From a bacterium (lineage in GTDB: Bacteria; Desulfobacterota; GWC2-55-46), in NCBI GenBank assembly GCA_004298725.1, contig SCQA01000094.1, forward strand, positions 1 through 34,438: a DNA stretch of 34,438 nucleotides, in the 5' to 3' direction. The stretch's first letter is position 1. Each line of letters begins with the position of its first letter. Below the pieces are notes generated by a model that worked only from the letters and a program-made list of their open reading frames with translations, was not told the DNA's origin and made no database searches. A program made the position numbers and the translations under genes. Below, one piece after another: positions 1 through 8,700 of this stretch.

Positions 1-118
1 CAACATTTCGCTTACGTTGATATTTATTGCCCATACCGCGTTTTTTACCATACATAGCCGATCGCCCGCCGGAAAAACAAACCAGCCTAATGCCGAAAAA
101 TACCGCGCCTGAAAAACC

Positions 119-153
119 TTGACAGAGCCGCTTTTTTTGTATACTGTATACAA
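119..153 (+). promoter_or_regulatory. TTGACA box followed by a perfect 17-bp palindrome (operator-like) containing TATACT
   Basis: TTGACA 119-124. TTGTATAC-T-GTATACAA at 137-153 is a perfect palindrome. The spacing from TTGACA to TATACT is only 15 nt, so promoter function is uncertain. Confidence 0.3.
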
Positions 154-372
154 TGAAGGCGTGGCACGCGCTTAGTCAAAAAAAAGCTGTATAAACGCTT
201 GTTACCGGCGGTATAATGCGCGTTATCGCTAAAATATCTTTAAAACAATCATTAAGCTGAAGAACTCTCAGCTATAAAAGTTCAAGCCAATGCAAAAAAA
301 GCAGTAGCAAATTTTTAACGTCTGCAAATCAACGCAGTACATAAATTTCAGGGGTAGACTTTACAAACAACC

Positions 373-520
373 TTAAGGGTGTCTCTAAAAATTAGAAATT
401 TTTTCCGAGGTCGAGGCGGGGCGAAATAAAAAGCGGAGCATATATGTGAATATGTGAGCATTTTTATTTCGTCCTAACAAAGAGATCGGAAAAAAGGGCG
501 ATTTTTAGAGGTACCCTTAA
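373..520. mobile_element. MITE-like palindromic element, copy 1 (140-bp core 377-516 flanked by TTAA/TTAA)
   Basis: Terminal inverted repeats GGGTGTCTCTAAAAAT / ATTTTTAGAGGTACCC. The interior is also arm-to-arm complementary (TTTTTTCCGAGGTC / GAGATCGGAAAAAA; CGAAATAAAAAGC / GCATTTTTATTTCG). About 10 mismatches to copy 2 over about 140 nt. It ends 30 nt before the mdh ATG. Confidence 0.75.
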
Positions 521-547
521 AAACAAAATGACTTCAGGAGAGCATAA

Positions 548-1477
<930 letters not shown>

Positions 1478-1480
1478 ATC

Positions 1481-1557
1481 AGTTATCAGTGTACGGGCAT
1501 CGGTTACAGGTGAATTATGAGCAGTTACAATTCACCATTCACTATTCCCAGTCATTT
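1481..1557. repeat. Degenerate tandem heptamer tract
   Basis: Read in sevens: AGTTATC AGTGTAC GGGCATC GGTTACA GGTGAAT TATGAGC AGTTACA ATTCACC ATTCACT ATTCCCA GTCATTT. It contains the 8-bp hairpin GGTGAATT/AATTCACC. Located between mdh and fumA. Confidence 0.6.
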
Positions 1558-1568
1558 CAGGAGTCTTC

Positions 1569-2405
1569 TTGAGAACGATACAAACAACGGAAATTATCGA
1601 AAAGGTCAGGAAGCTCTGCATAAACGCGGCTTACTACCTTGAAGACGACGTTGTAGCGGCTATAAGAAGCGCTGTAAAGGCCGAAGAATCGCCTCTCGGT
1701 AAAAGTTCGCTTGGCCAGATAATAGAAAACTTTGAAATAGCCGGCAAAGAAGACCTGCCTATATGCCAGGACACCGGCATAGCCGTGTTTTTCGTGGAAT
1801 ACGGAAGAGAAGCGCATATTAACGGCCCTCTCGAAGAGGCGATTAACGAAGGCGTCAGGCAAGGCTACAAAGACGGATATTTAAGAAAATCCGTCTGCCA
1901 CCCTTTAACAAGACTCAATACCAACGACAACACACCCGCCATCATTCACATCAGCATGACTGAAGGCGACAAGATAAAGATAAAACTTGCCCCGAAAGGC
2001 GCCGGAAGCGAGAACATGAGCAAACTTGCCATGCTGAAACCTGCTGACGGAATAGACGGCATAAAAAAGTTTGTCGTCGAGACTGTAAAAAACGCCGGCG
2101 GAAACCCCTGCCCTCCGATAATCGTCGGCGTAGGCATAGGCGGCAACTTTGAAAAATGCGCGATACTGTCCAAAAAAGCCCTTTTAAGGCACATCGGTAG
2201 CCCTAACCCGGATAACGCGCTAAGGGAGCTTGAACAAAACCTTCATACCGCTATTAACAACCTTGGCATTGGCACTATGGGCTTTGGCGGCACTGTTACG
2301 GCTCTTGCCGTGCATATCGAGGCGCATCCATGCCACATAGCAAGCCTTCCAGTGGCAGTGAACATACAGTGCCACGCAAGCAGGCACAAAGAGGTAATTA
2401 TATAA
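1569..2405 (+). CDS. fumA: Class I (Fe-S) fumarate hydratase, alpha / N-terminal-domain subunit (FumA/TtdA family)
   Basis: 278 aa with a TTG start. Motifs ICQDTGIAVFF and APKGAGSEN are typical of the Fe-S hydrolyase alpha subunit. The stop TAA (2403-2405) overlaps the ATG of the beta subunit (TAATG). L-tartrate dehydratase cannot be excluded from sequence alone, but the context (mdh upstream) favours fumarase. Confidence 0.85.
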   Translation: MRTIQTTEIIEKVRKLCINAAYYLEDDVVAAIRSAVKAEESPLGKSSLGQIIENFEIAGKEDLPICQDTGIAVFFVEYGREAHINGPLEEAINEGVRQGYKDGYLRKSVCHPLTRLNTNDNTPAIIHISMTEGDKIKIKLAPKGAGSENMSKLAMLKPADGIDGIKKFVVETVKNAGGNPCPPIIVGVGIGGNFEKCAILSKKALLRHIGSPNPDNALRELEQNLHTAINNLGIGTMGFGGTVTALAVHIEAHPCHIASLPVAVNIQCHASRHKEVII

Positions 2406-2965
2406 TGACCGAACCTATACGCATAACGCCTCCTTTTACCTCCGCTGACATTGACAAACTTAAAGCCGGAGACAATGTTTTGATAACCGGCGTGATATAC
2501 ACGGCAAGGGACGCGGCGCACAAAAGGCTTATTGCGTTACTTGATAAAGGCGAAAAACTTCCGTTTGACTTAAAAGGACAAGTCATATATTACGTCGGGC
2601 CGACTCCGGCAAAACCCGGGCAGGTTATAGGCTCGGCCGGGCCGACTACAAGCGGCAGAATGGACGCTTACACCCCACGCCTTCTTGAGCTTGGGTTAAA
2701 AGCGACGCTCGGCAAGGGACAACGCTCCGAAGAGGTGCTTGACGCCATGAAGAAGCATAAGGCCGTTTACATGGCCGCTGTCGGCGGAGCCGCGGCGCTT
2801 ATTTCAAAGTGCATAAAAAAAGCTGAAATTATCGCATACGACGACCTCGGCGCCGAGGCCATAAGGCGGCTCGAGGTCGTTGACTTTCCCGCGATAGTCG
2901 TAAACGACTCAATGGGCGGAGACCTCTTTACGCAAGGCACTCAAAAATACAGGAAGGCCGTCTGA
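2405..2965 (+). CDS. fumB: Class I fumarate hydratase, beta / C-terminal-domain subunit
   Basis: 186 aa counted from ATG 2405; the ORF-track start at 2330 lies inside fumA and is rejected. Motifs GVIYTARDAAHKRL and YYVGPTPAKPG..GSAGPTTSGRMD. The stop TGA 2963-2965 overlaps the hdrC ATG at 2965. Confidence 0.85.
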   Translation: MTEPIRITPPFTSADIDKLKAGDNVLITGVIYTARDAAHKRLIALLDKGEKLPFDLKGQVIYYVGPTPAKPGQVIGSAGPTTSGRMDAYTPRLLELGLKATLGKGQRSEEVLDAMKKHKAVYMAAVGGAAALISKCIKKAEIIAYDDLGAEAIRRLEVVDFPAIVVNDSMGGDLFTQGTQKYRKAV

Positions 2966-3372
2966 TGAAGATAAAGCTCGCGCAGTCAGCCATTGAAGGC
3001 AGTGAGATAAACCAGCTTGAACGCGTAACAGGCGAAGAGCTTAAACGGTGCTACCAGTGCGGCAAATGCTCGGCAGGTTGCCCAGTGTCATTCGCAATGG
3101 ATATACCGCCGACACAGATAATGCGCTTTCTTCAACTTGGCATGTTTGACGACGTAATGAAGGCGAACTCTTTGTGGGTCTGCGTCGGGTGTTTGCAATG
3201 CTACGCGCGTTGCCCGCAGGGTTGCAGTGTGGCGAACGTGCTTGAGGGCCTCCGCCAGATGGTGCTTAGAAAAGGCGAGGATCACTACGGCGTTAAGGAA
3301 ATATCCGCGCGCTTTCTTGAAAAAGCGCCCCAACAGGCTATAGTTTGCGGTTTCAGAAAGTTCGTAAGCTGA
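2965..3372 (+). CDS. hdrC: Heterodisulfide reductase subunit C-like (2x[4Fe-4S])
   Basis: 135 aa with two ferredoxin-type motifs, CYQCGKCSAGCP and CVGCLQCYARCP. The start codon overlaps the fumB stop, indicating translational coupling. Confidence 0.8.
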   Translation: MKIKLAQSAIEGSEINQLERVTGEELKRCYQCGKCSAGCPVSFAMDIPPTQIMRFLQLGMFDDVMKANSLWVCVGCLQCYARCPQGCSVANVLEGLRQMVLRKGEDHYGVKEISARFLEKAPQQAIVCGFRKFVS

Positions 3373-3393
3373 ATTTTGGGTATATTGCGCTAC

Positions 3394-3463
3394 GTGATTA
3401 GTAGCCGGCGTTTAGTTGGTTGAACGTTTCTCTGCTAATCACCATACACTAACCACTAATCAC
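3394..3463. repeat. Degenerate tandem heptamer tract (forward then reverse-complement units)
   Basis: GTGATTA GTAGCCG GCGTTTA GTTGGTT GAACGTT TCTCTGC TAATCAC CATACAC TAACCAC TAATCAC. TAATCAC is the reverse complement of GTGATTA. The tract abuts MITE copy 2. Confidence 0.6.
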
Positions 3464-3611
3464 TTTAGGGTGTCTCTAAAAATTAGAAATTTTTTCCGAG
3501 GTCGAGGCAGGATGAAATAAAAAGCGGAACATATATGCGAATATGTGAGCATTTTTATTTCGTCCTAACAAAGAGATCGGGAAAAAGAGCAATTTATAGA
3601 GGTGCCCTTTA
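3464..3611. mobile_element. MITE-like palindromic element, copy 2 (core 3468-3607 flanked by TTTA/TTTA)
   Basis: Same length and orientation as copy 1. It is flanked by a direct (not inverted) 4-bp TTTA on both sides, consistent with a target-site duplication. It is inserted between hdrC and hdrB and ends 9 nt before the hdrB ATG. Confidence 0.75.
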
Positions 3612-3616
3612 TTAAA

Positions 3617-4486
3617 ATGAAGATACCCTACTACCCAGGCTGTACTTTGAATACCGTTGCCAAGGACTTCGACTTGTCCGCAAAGACATCTGCCCTTGCC
3701 ATGGGCTTTGAACTTGCCGAGCTACCGCAGTGGAACTGTTGCGGCGCGACATTTCCGCTTACGCCGGATAATATCATCGCTCTTACGGCTCCGGCAAAGG
3801 TTTTGTCAAACGCAAGGCTCGCCGGCGACACGCTGACCACGCTCTGTTCTGTCTGCTACAACGTATTGAAACGCACAAACAAAGTAATTAGAGACGACAA
3901 AGAGCGCCGCTCAACCATAAACGGTTTTATAGAGGCCGACTATGACGGAAGCCTTAATATAATACACTTCCTTGAAATATTGAGGGACAGAATAGGCTTT
4001 GAAAAGGTAAAAAAGGCGGTTAAAAAACCGCTTAACGGCTTAAAAGCCGCTTCATACTACGGTTGCATGTTACTCCGGCCTTTTGAGGACATGGGCATTG
4101 ACGACTCCGAAGCGCCAATGATAATGGAAAACCTTGTTACAGCGCTTGGCGCCGAGCCGGTAACATTTCCAAATAAAATAGAATGTTGCGGCGCGCACCT
4201 TGCCATGAACAACGAAGATATCGTCACAAGACTTTCCGGCAACGTAATGACGTCGGCAGTCAACAGCGGGGCCGAAATAATAGTAACCACTTGCCCGCTT
4301 TGCCATTATAACCTTGAAAAGAGTCAACCTAAGGTGGCGGAGTCAACCCCGGGCTACAAGAACGTGCCTATCGTATATTTTACCCAGCTTCTCGGCCTTG
4401 CGCTCGGTCAGAATGAAGCAGGCCTCGGCTTTGACAAGAACCAATGGGACGCACGGCCTTTACTGAAGAAAAAGGGGTTGTTATAG
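3617..4486 (+). CDS. hdrB: Heterodisulfide reductase subunit B-like (two CCG domains)
   Basis: 289 aa from ATG 3617 (MKIPYYPGC...). An alternative GTG at 3602 lies inside the MITE copy. Two Cys-rich CCG units: YYPGC...NCCGA...CSVC and YYGC...CCGAH...CPLCH. Confidence 0.86.
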   Translation: MKIPYYPGCTLNTVAKDFDLSAKTSALAMGFELAELPQWNCCGATFPLTPDNIIALTAPAKVLSNARLAGDTLTTLCSVCYNVLKRTNKVIRDDKERRSTINGFIEADYDGSLNIIHFLEILRDRIGFEKVKKAVKKPLNGLKAASYYGCMLLRPFEDMGIDDSEAPMIMENLVTALGAEPVTFPNKIECCGAHLAMNNEDIVTRLSGNVMTSAVNSGAEIIVTTCPLCHYNLEKSQPKVAESTPGYKNVPIVYFTQLLGLALGQNEAGLGFDKNQWDARPLLKKKGLL

Positions 4487-4545
4487 GCTGGTTTTATGGG
4501 CGATACACGCGGCAATTGATTGAAGAGCAATAGAAGAGGATTTTT

Positions 4546-6519
4546 ATGCCAAGAATAGGCGTTTTCGTTTGTCAGTGCGGAAATAACATAGCCGCCACGG
4601 TTGACACAAAAAAAGTCGCCGAGGAGATGAAAAACCTCCCGGGCGTCGTATTTGCCTGCGACTACAAGTTCATGTGCTCGTCACCCGGGCAGGATATGCT
4701 TAAAAACGCCATCAAGGACAACAAACTTGACGGCGTAATCGTATCGGCCTGCTCTCCGCACATGCACGAAAAGACCTTCAGAAAAGCGTGCGAATCAGCG
4801 GGCCTTAACCCTTATCAGTGCGAAATAACCAACATACGCGAGCAATGCTCGTGGGTGCATCACGACAAAACCAAAAAAGCCGGCACGCTTAAAAGCGCCG
4901 ACCTTACGAGAATGACGATAGAGCGGCTTAAAAAAAATAAGCCGCTGGCCAAAATAAAGATACCCGTTAAAAAGAAGGCCATTGTAATAGGCGGCGGCAT
5001 AGCAGGCATACAGGCGGCGCTTGACATAGCCGAAGGCGGGGTTGACGTAATTATCGTCGAAAAAGAGCCGTCAATCGGCGGCAACATGGCGCGGCTTTCC
5101 GAAACCTTCCCAACCATGGACTGCTCGCAGTGCATCCTCACGCCGAAGATGGTCGAGGCCGAGCTTCACGAAAGAATAACGCTTTATACGTATTCTGAAA
5201 TTGAAAAGGTTGACGGCTACATCGGCAACTTCACGGTGCAGATACGGCGTAAATCAAAATACGTTGACGAAGAGCGTTGCACCGGTTGCGGAGAGTGCAT
5301 TGAAAAGTGTCCGTTCAAGGTGGATAGCGCCTTTGAACTTGGCATGACCAAGAGGAAGGTCATTTACACGCCCTTTCCACAGTCCGTGCCGAACGTGCCG
5401 GTAATAGACGCGCCCAACTGCACCAAAATTCAAAAAGACAAATGCGGCGTGTGCGCCATAGTCTGCGGGCCGAAGTGCATCGACTTCAAGATGGAAGATA
5501 AAATAGTCACCGTGGAAGCGGGCGCAATTATAGTGGCAACCGGCTACCAGCTTATGCCCAACGAACGCTTCGGCGAATACGGCTACGGACGGATAAAAGA
5601 CGTTATAAGCGGTATGCAGTTTGAAAGGCTTGCGTCAGCCTCCGGCCCCACTGGCGGAGAAATAAAAAGGCCGTCCGACGGCAAGGTGCCAAGAAGCGTA
5701 GTCTTTATCCAGTGCGCCGGTTCAAGGGACGAGAAAAAAGGCGTATCATACTGCTCAAAGGTATGTTGTATGTACACGGCAAAGCACACCATGCTTTACA
5801 GCCACAAGGTGCACCACGGCCAGTCATATGTTTTCTACATGGACATCCGGGCCGGCGGAAAACGCTACGAAGAATTCGTAAGGCGCGCCATAGAGCACGA
5901 CAACGCGATGTATTTAAGAGGACGCGTGTCGCGCGTATATGAACGCGACGGCAAGGTACTTGTGCAGGGCGCGGACACCCTTTCAGGCAATCAGGTGGAA
6001 ATAGAAGCCGACATGGTCGTACTTGCAACCGCCATAATTTCAAGAGACGGCGCGGACACGCTTGCGCAGAAGCTCAGCATAGGCTACGACAAATACAAGT
6101 TTTACAACGAGTACCACCCCAAGCTTAAACCGGTCGAGACCGTCACCGCGGGCATATTCCTTGCCGGAACATGCATGGGGCCCATGGACATACCGGACTC
6201 GGTTGCTCAGGGTAGCGCCGCGGCAAGCAAGGTGCTTTCTCTTTTTTCAGCGGATGAAATGACAAGAGAACCGATAACGGCCATTGTAAACAAGGTTACC
6301 TGCAACTCGTGCTGGGACTGTTTAACCGCCTGCCCGTATTCTGCCATTGAAAGAGACGCGGTAAAAAACAGGCAGGGCGTAATAACAAAATGGCTTGCGA
6401 AGGTGAACGAAGGCGTGTGCCAGGGGTGCGGCGTGTGCGTTGCCGCTTGCAGAAGCAAGTCAATTGACCTGCGCGGATACACGGATGAGCAGGTTTTTGC
6501 GGCGATAAACGCGTTTTAA
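4546..6519 (+). CDS. hdrA: Heterodisulfide reductase subunit A-like (FAD plus multiple [4Fe-4S])
   Basis: 657 aa. N-terminal IGVFVCQCGNNIA, FAD fold KKAIVIGGGIAGIQAALDIAEGG, and ferredoxin motifs CTGCGECIEKCP, CGVCAIVCGP, CNSCWDCLTACP and CQGCGVCVAAC. Confidence 0.92.
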   Translation: MPRIGVFVCQCGNNIAATVDTKKVAEEMKNLPGVVFACDYKFMCSSPGQDMLKNAIKDNKLDGVIVSACSPHMHEKTFRKACESAGLNPYQCEITNIREQCSWVHHDKTKKAGTLKSADLTRMTIERLKKNKPLAKIKIPVKKKAIVIGGGIAGIQAALDIAEGGVDVIIVEKEPSIGGNMARLSETFPTMDCSQCILTPKMVEAELHERITLYTYSEIEKVDGYIGNFTVQIRRKSKYVDEERCTGCGECIEKCPFKVDSAFELGMTKRKVIYTPFPQSVPNVPVIDAPNCTKIQKDKCGVCAIVCGPKCIDFKMEDKIVTVEAGAIIVATGYQLMPNERFGEYGYGRIKDVISGMQFERLASASGPTGGEIKRPSDGKVPRSVVFIQCAGSRDEKKGVSYCSKVCCMYTAKHTMLYSHKVHHGQSYVFYMDIRAGGKRYEEFVRRAIEHDNAMYLRGRVSRVYERDGKVLVQGADTLSGNQVEIEADMVVLATAIISRDGADTLAQKLSIGYDKYKFYNEYHPKLKPVETVTAGIFLAGTCMGPMDIPDSVAQGSAAASKVLSLFSADEMTREPITAIVNKVTCNSCWDCLTACPYSAIERDAVKNRQGVITKWLAKVNEGVCQGCGVCVAACRSKSIDLRGYTDEQVFAAINAF

Positions 6520-6578
6520 CGCCACGGCCTCATTACAGCTTGTCAGACTGCTGATATTATAATCAAGGATTTATCATA

Positions 6579-7040
6579 ATGACGGAACATACTGAGCAAA
6601 CAGAATCCTGCGGCTTCGAGCCTAAAATAATGGCCTTTGTGTGCAACTGGTGCACCTATGCCGGCGCCGACCTTGCCGGAACGAGCAGGATGGAATACAG
6701 GCCGAACGTGCGGATAATTAAGCTCCCCTGCACCGGCAGGATAGACCCGCTATTTATCATCAAGGCCTTTGAAAACGGCGCGGACGGAGTGCTCGTCTCC
6801 GGTTGCCACCCCGGAGACTGCCACTACACCACCGGCAATTACCACGCAAGGCGCCGCTGGATAGGCTTTAAAAACCTTATGGAGTTTACGGGCATTGACA
6901 TGAGAAGGCTTCATTTTTCATGGGTATCCGCGTCAGAGGCCATCAAGTGGGTTGACCTGATAAACGGCATAACCGATGAAATAAAGAAAATAGGGCCGTT
7001 CATGGAATACAAGGGGCTGAAGGAAAAAGCCAGCCTGTAA
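6579..7040 (+). CDS. flxD: MvhD/FlxD-type delta subunit ([2Fe-2S] electron-transfer protein)
   Basis: 153 aa. MAFVCNWCTYAGADLAG...IKLPCTGRIDP...LVSGCHPGDCHY is the classic MvhD/FlpD signature. It sits directly after hdrA, as in hdrCBA-flxDCBA clusters. Confidence 0.88.
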   Translation: MTEHTEQTESCGFEPKIMAFVCNWCTYAGADLAGTSRMEYRPNVRIIKLPCTGRIDPLFIIKAFENGADGVLVSGCHPGDCHYTTGNYHARRRWIGFKNLMEFTGIDMRRLHFSWVSASEAIKWVDLINGITDEIKKIGPFMEYKGLKEKASL

Positions 7041-7071
7041 CTAAGCCGCGCAAACAAAGAGGGAGCGTCGC

Positions 7072-7284
7072 ATGGCAAATGAAATATCCGTTAACGCGGT
7101 AATAATTGAAAACGAAGACGGCACTTACAGGGCGTTATGCCCGGACCTCTCCGTGGAATCAGTCGGTAAAAATTCCGACGACGCTTTAAGAAACCTGAAA
7201 GACGCCGTAACAAAACACGTAAAAGAAAAAGGCGCGTCACTTAATTCGGTAAAGTGCATGAAGCTTAGGGTGCAGGTAAACTGA
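7072..7284 (+). CDS. Small HicB-like / UPF0150-fold protein
   Basis: 70 aa. The pattern EDGTYRALCPDL...GKNSDDALRNLKDAVTKHV resembles the N-terminal HicB antitoxin-like fold. GAGGGAG lies upstream of the ATG. No hicA partner is present. The stop overlaps the next start (TGATG). Confidence 0.45.
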   Translation: MANEISVNAVIIENEDGTYRALCPDLSVESVGKNSDDALRNLKDAVTKHVKEKGASLNSVKCMKLRVQVN

Positions 7285-7715
7285 TGAATACTTCAATCGC
7301 CGAGTGCGTAAAATTCACTAACGAAAACCCGCGTTGCTTCCTGGCCACAGTTGAGGGCGACCAGCCGAGGGTGCGCGGCATGCACCTGATGTTTTCTAAT
7401 GAACAGGGTTTTTATTTTACAACAGGCAACTTTAAAGGCATGTACGGCCAACTTCAGAAAAACCCCAAGACCGAAGTCTGCTTCTTTTCGCCTAAAGAAA
7501 TGCGCTCGATGCGAATTGCGGGCGAAGTCGAGTTCATAACGGACATGAAAGAAAAAGAGGAAATATTCAAAAAGACCCAGTGGCTTAAAAACATCATCGG
7601 CACGCACGACAACGCCATGTGGACGCCTTTCAGAATACAAAGGGGCGTAGCTTACTTCTGGACAATGGCCGCTAACCTTGAAAAGCCAAACTACATCGGT
7701 TTTGATTTTAAATAA
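7284..7715 (+). CDS. Pyridoxamine 5'-phosphate oxidase-like FMN-binding split-barrel protein
   Basis: 143 aa. LATVEGDQPRVRGMHL...FYFTTGNFKGMYGQLQKNPKTEVCFF...MRIAGEVEF is typical of the PNPOx-like family. Translationally coupled to the preceding small ORF. Confidence 0.55.
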   Translation: MNTSIAECVKFTNENPRCFLATVEGDQPRVRGMHLMFSNEQGFYFTTGNFKGMYGQLQKNPKTEVCFFSPKEMRSMRIAGEVEFITDMKEKEEIFKKTQWLKNIIGTHDNAMWTPFRIQRGVAYFWTMAANLEKPNYIGFDFK

Positions 7716-7725
7716 AAAACAGGCA

Positions 7726-8619
7726 ATGGAAAACATTTTAAGAAAAAAAGCAAAAGAGCTTCTTGAAACCGGCGCCGTAAAAGTGGTAATCGGCTACGGC
7801 TGGAACCGCTCAAAAACAAGGACGACTCCGGTGTTCATAACAAAACCGGAAGACGCGGACAGGCTCGTCTTCAATCCGCTCTGCGTCAACAACCTGTCCG
7901 TCTATCTTACGAGGAAGTTTAAAGACATACAAGCCCTCGGCAAGCCCGCGATAATCGCCAAGGGTTGCGACATAAAAAACATCGTGGTGCTTATAACCGA
8001 AGCGCAATTACAGCGCGAGGACGTTTTTATAATCGGCATGGTCTGCGAAGGCACGGTATATAAACAAGAACTATGGAAAGGCGAGCTTTTGCCGCAAATC
8101 ATGCCAACGAAGTGCCACAACTGCGGAGTAAGGAACCCGCACGTGGCGGACGTTATAATCGGCGAAAAGTCAACCTTTGTGCCGCCGGAAAAACCAACCG
8201 GCATGGTCTTTGACAAGATAAAAGACATTGACTCCAAAGACCAGTCAGCGCGATGGGGCTTCTGGATAAATGAATTTTCACGGTGCGTAAAGTGCTACGC
8301 GTGCAGGCAGGTCTGCTCGCTTTGCTACTGCGAGAGGTGCATAGCGGAAAAGAACATGCCGCAGTGGATAGAGACAAGCGCGCACCCGAGAGGCAATCTA
8401 TCGTGGAACCTCACAAGAGCCATGCACCTTGTGGGCAGATGCACGTTTTGCGGCGAGTGCGAAAGGGCGTGCCCTGTAAATATACCGCTGAACCTAATAA
8501 ATCAGAAGATGATACTTGTTGTGAAAGACGCTTTTAATTTTGAGTCCGGCTACGACGAAAAAACGCATCCGCCGATGATAGTCTTCAGCCCGGATGACAA
8601 AGACAACTTCATAAAGTAA
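7726..8619 (+). CDS. flxC: Iron-sulfur protein, FlxC-like (F420-hydrogenase-beta / AsrA-related 4Fe-4S protein)
   Basis: 297 aa from ATG 7726; the ORF-track start at 7678 overlaps the previous gene. Cys clusters CHNCGVRNP, CVKCYACRQVCSLCYCERC and CTFCGECERACP. The position after flxD matches the flxDCBA order. Confidence 0.6.
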   Translation: MENILRKKAKELLETGAVKVVIGYGWNRSKTRTTPVFITKPEDADRLVFNPLCVNNLSVYLTRKFKDIQALGKPAIIAKGCDIKNIVVLITEAQLQREDVFIIGMVCEGTVYKQELWKGELLPQIMPTKCHNCGVRNPHVADVIIGEKSTFVPPEKPTGMVFDKIKDIDSKDQSARWGFWINEFSRCVKCYACRQVCSLCYCERCIAEKNMPQWIETSAHPRGNLSWNLTRAMHLVGRCTFCGECERACPVNIPLNLINQKMILVVKDAFNFESGYDEKTHPPMIVFSPDDKDNFIK

Positions 8620-8631
8620 GTTAAAAAAAGA

Positions 8632-8666
8632 CGGTTATCAATTACCGGTTATCGGTAATTGATACG
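8632..8666. repeat. Heptamer tract forming a perfect 12-bp hairpin
   Basis: CGGTTAT CAATTAC CGGTTAT CGGTAAT TGATACG. Positions 8636-8664 read TATCAATTACCG-GTTAT-CGGTAATTGATA. Located between flxC-like and flxB-like. Confidence 0.65.
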
Positions 8667-8700
8667 CCGCCTTTTACGAAATGGAACAAAGGCGCGAGAG

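Noticed and set aside
1-55. Possible 5' end of a - strand gene (MYGKKRGMGNKYQRKRNV...) leaving the window.
   Set aside because: Only 18 codons are visible, with no SD and no recognisable motif. This cannot be supported.
162-177. Sigma-54-like element TGGCAC-N5-TAGT.
   Set aside because: The -24 TGGCAC is good, but the -12 position reads GT instead of the conserved GC (GG-N10-GC rule fails). No enhancer-binding-protein context is visible.
2330-2404. Upstream alternative starts proposed by the ORF track for fumB (2330), flxC-like (7678), flxB-like (8659), sdhB (20543), sdhE (21498), pstB (25199), hdrB (3602) and korB (16991).
   Set aside because: These extensions overlap the preceding gene or a repeat or hairpin and lack SDs. 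Internal ATG/GTG codons with SDs or stop-start overlaps give N-termini that match the family norm.
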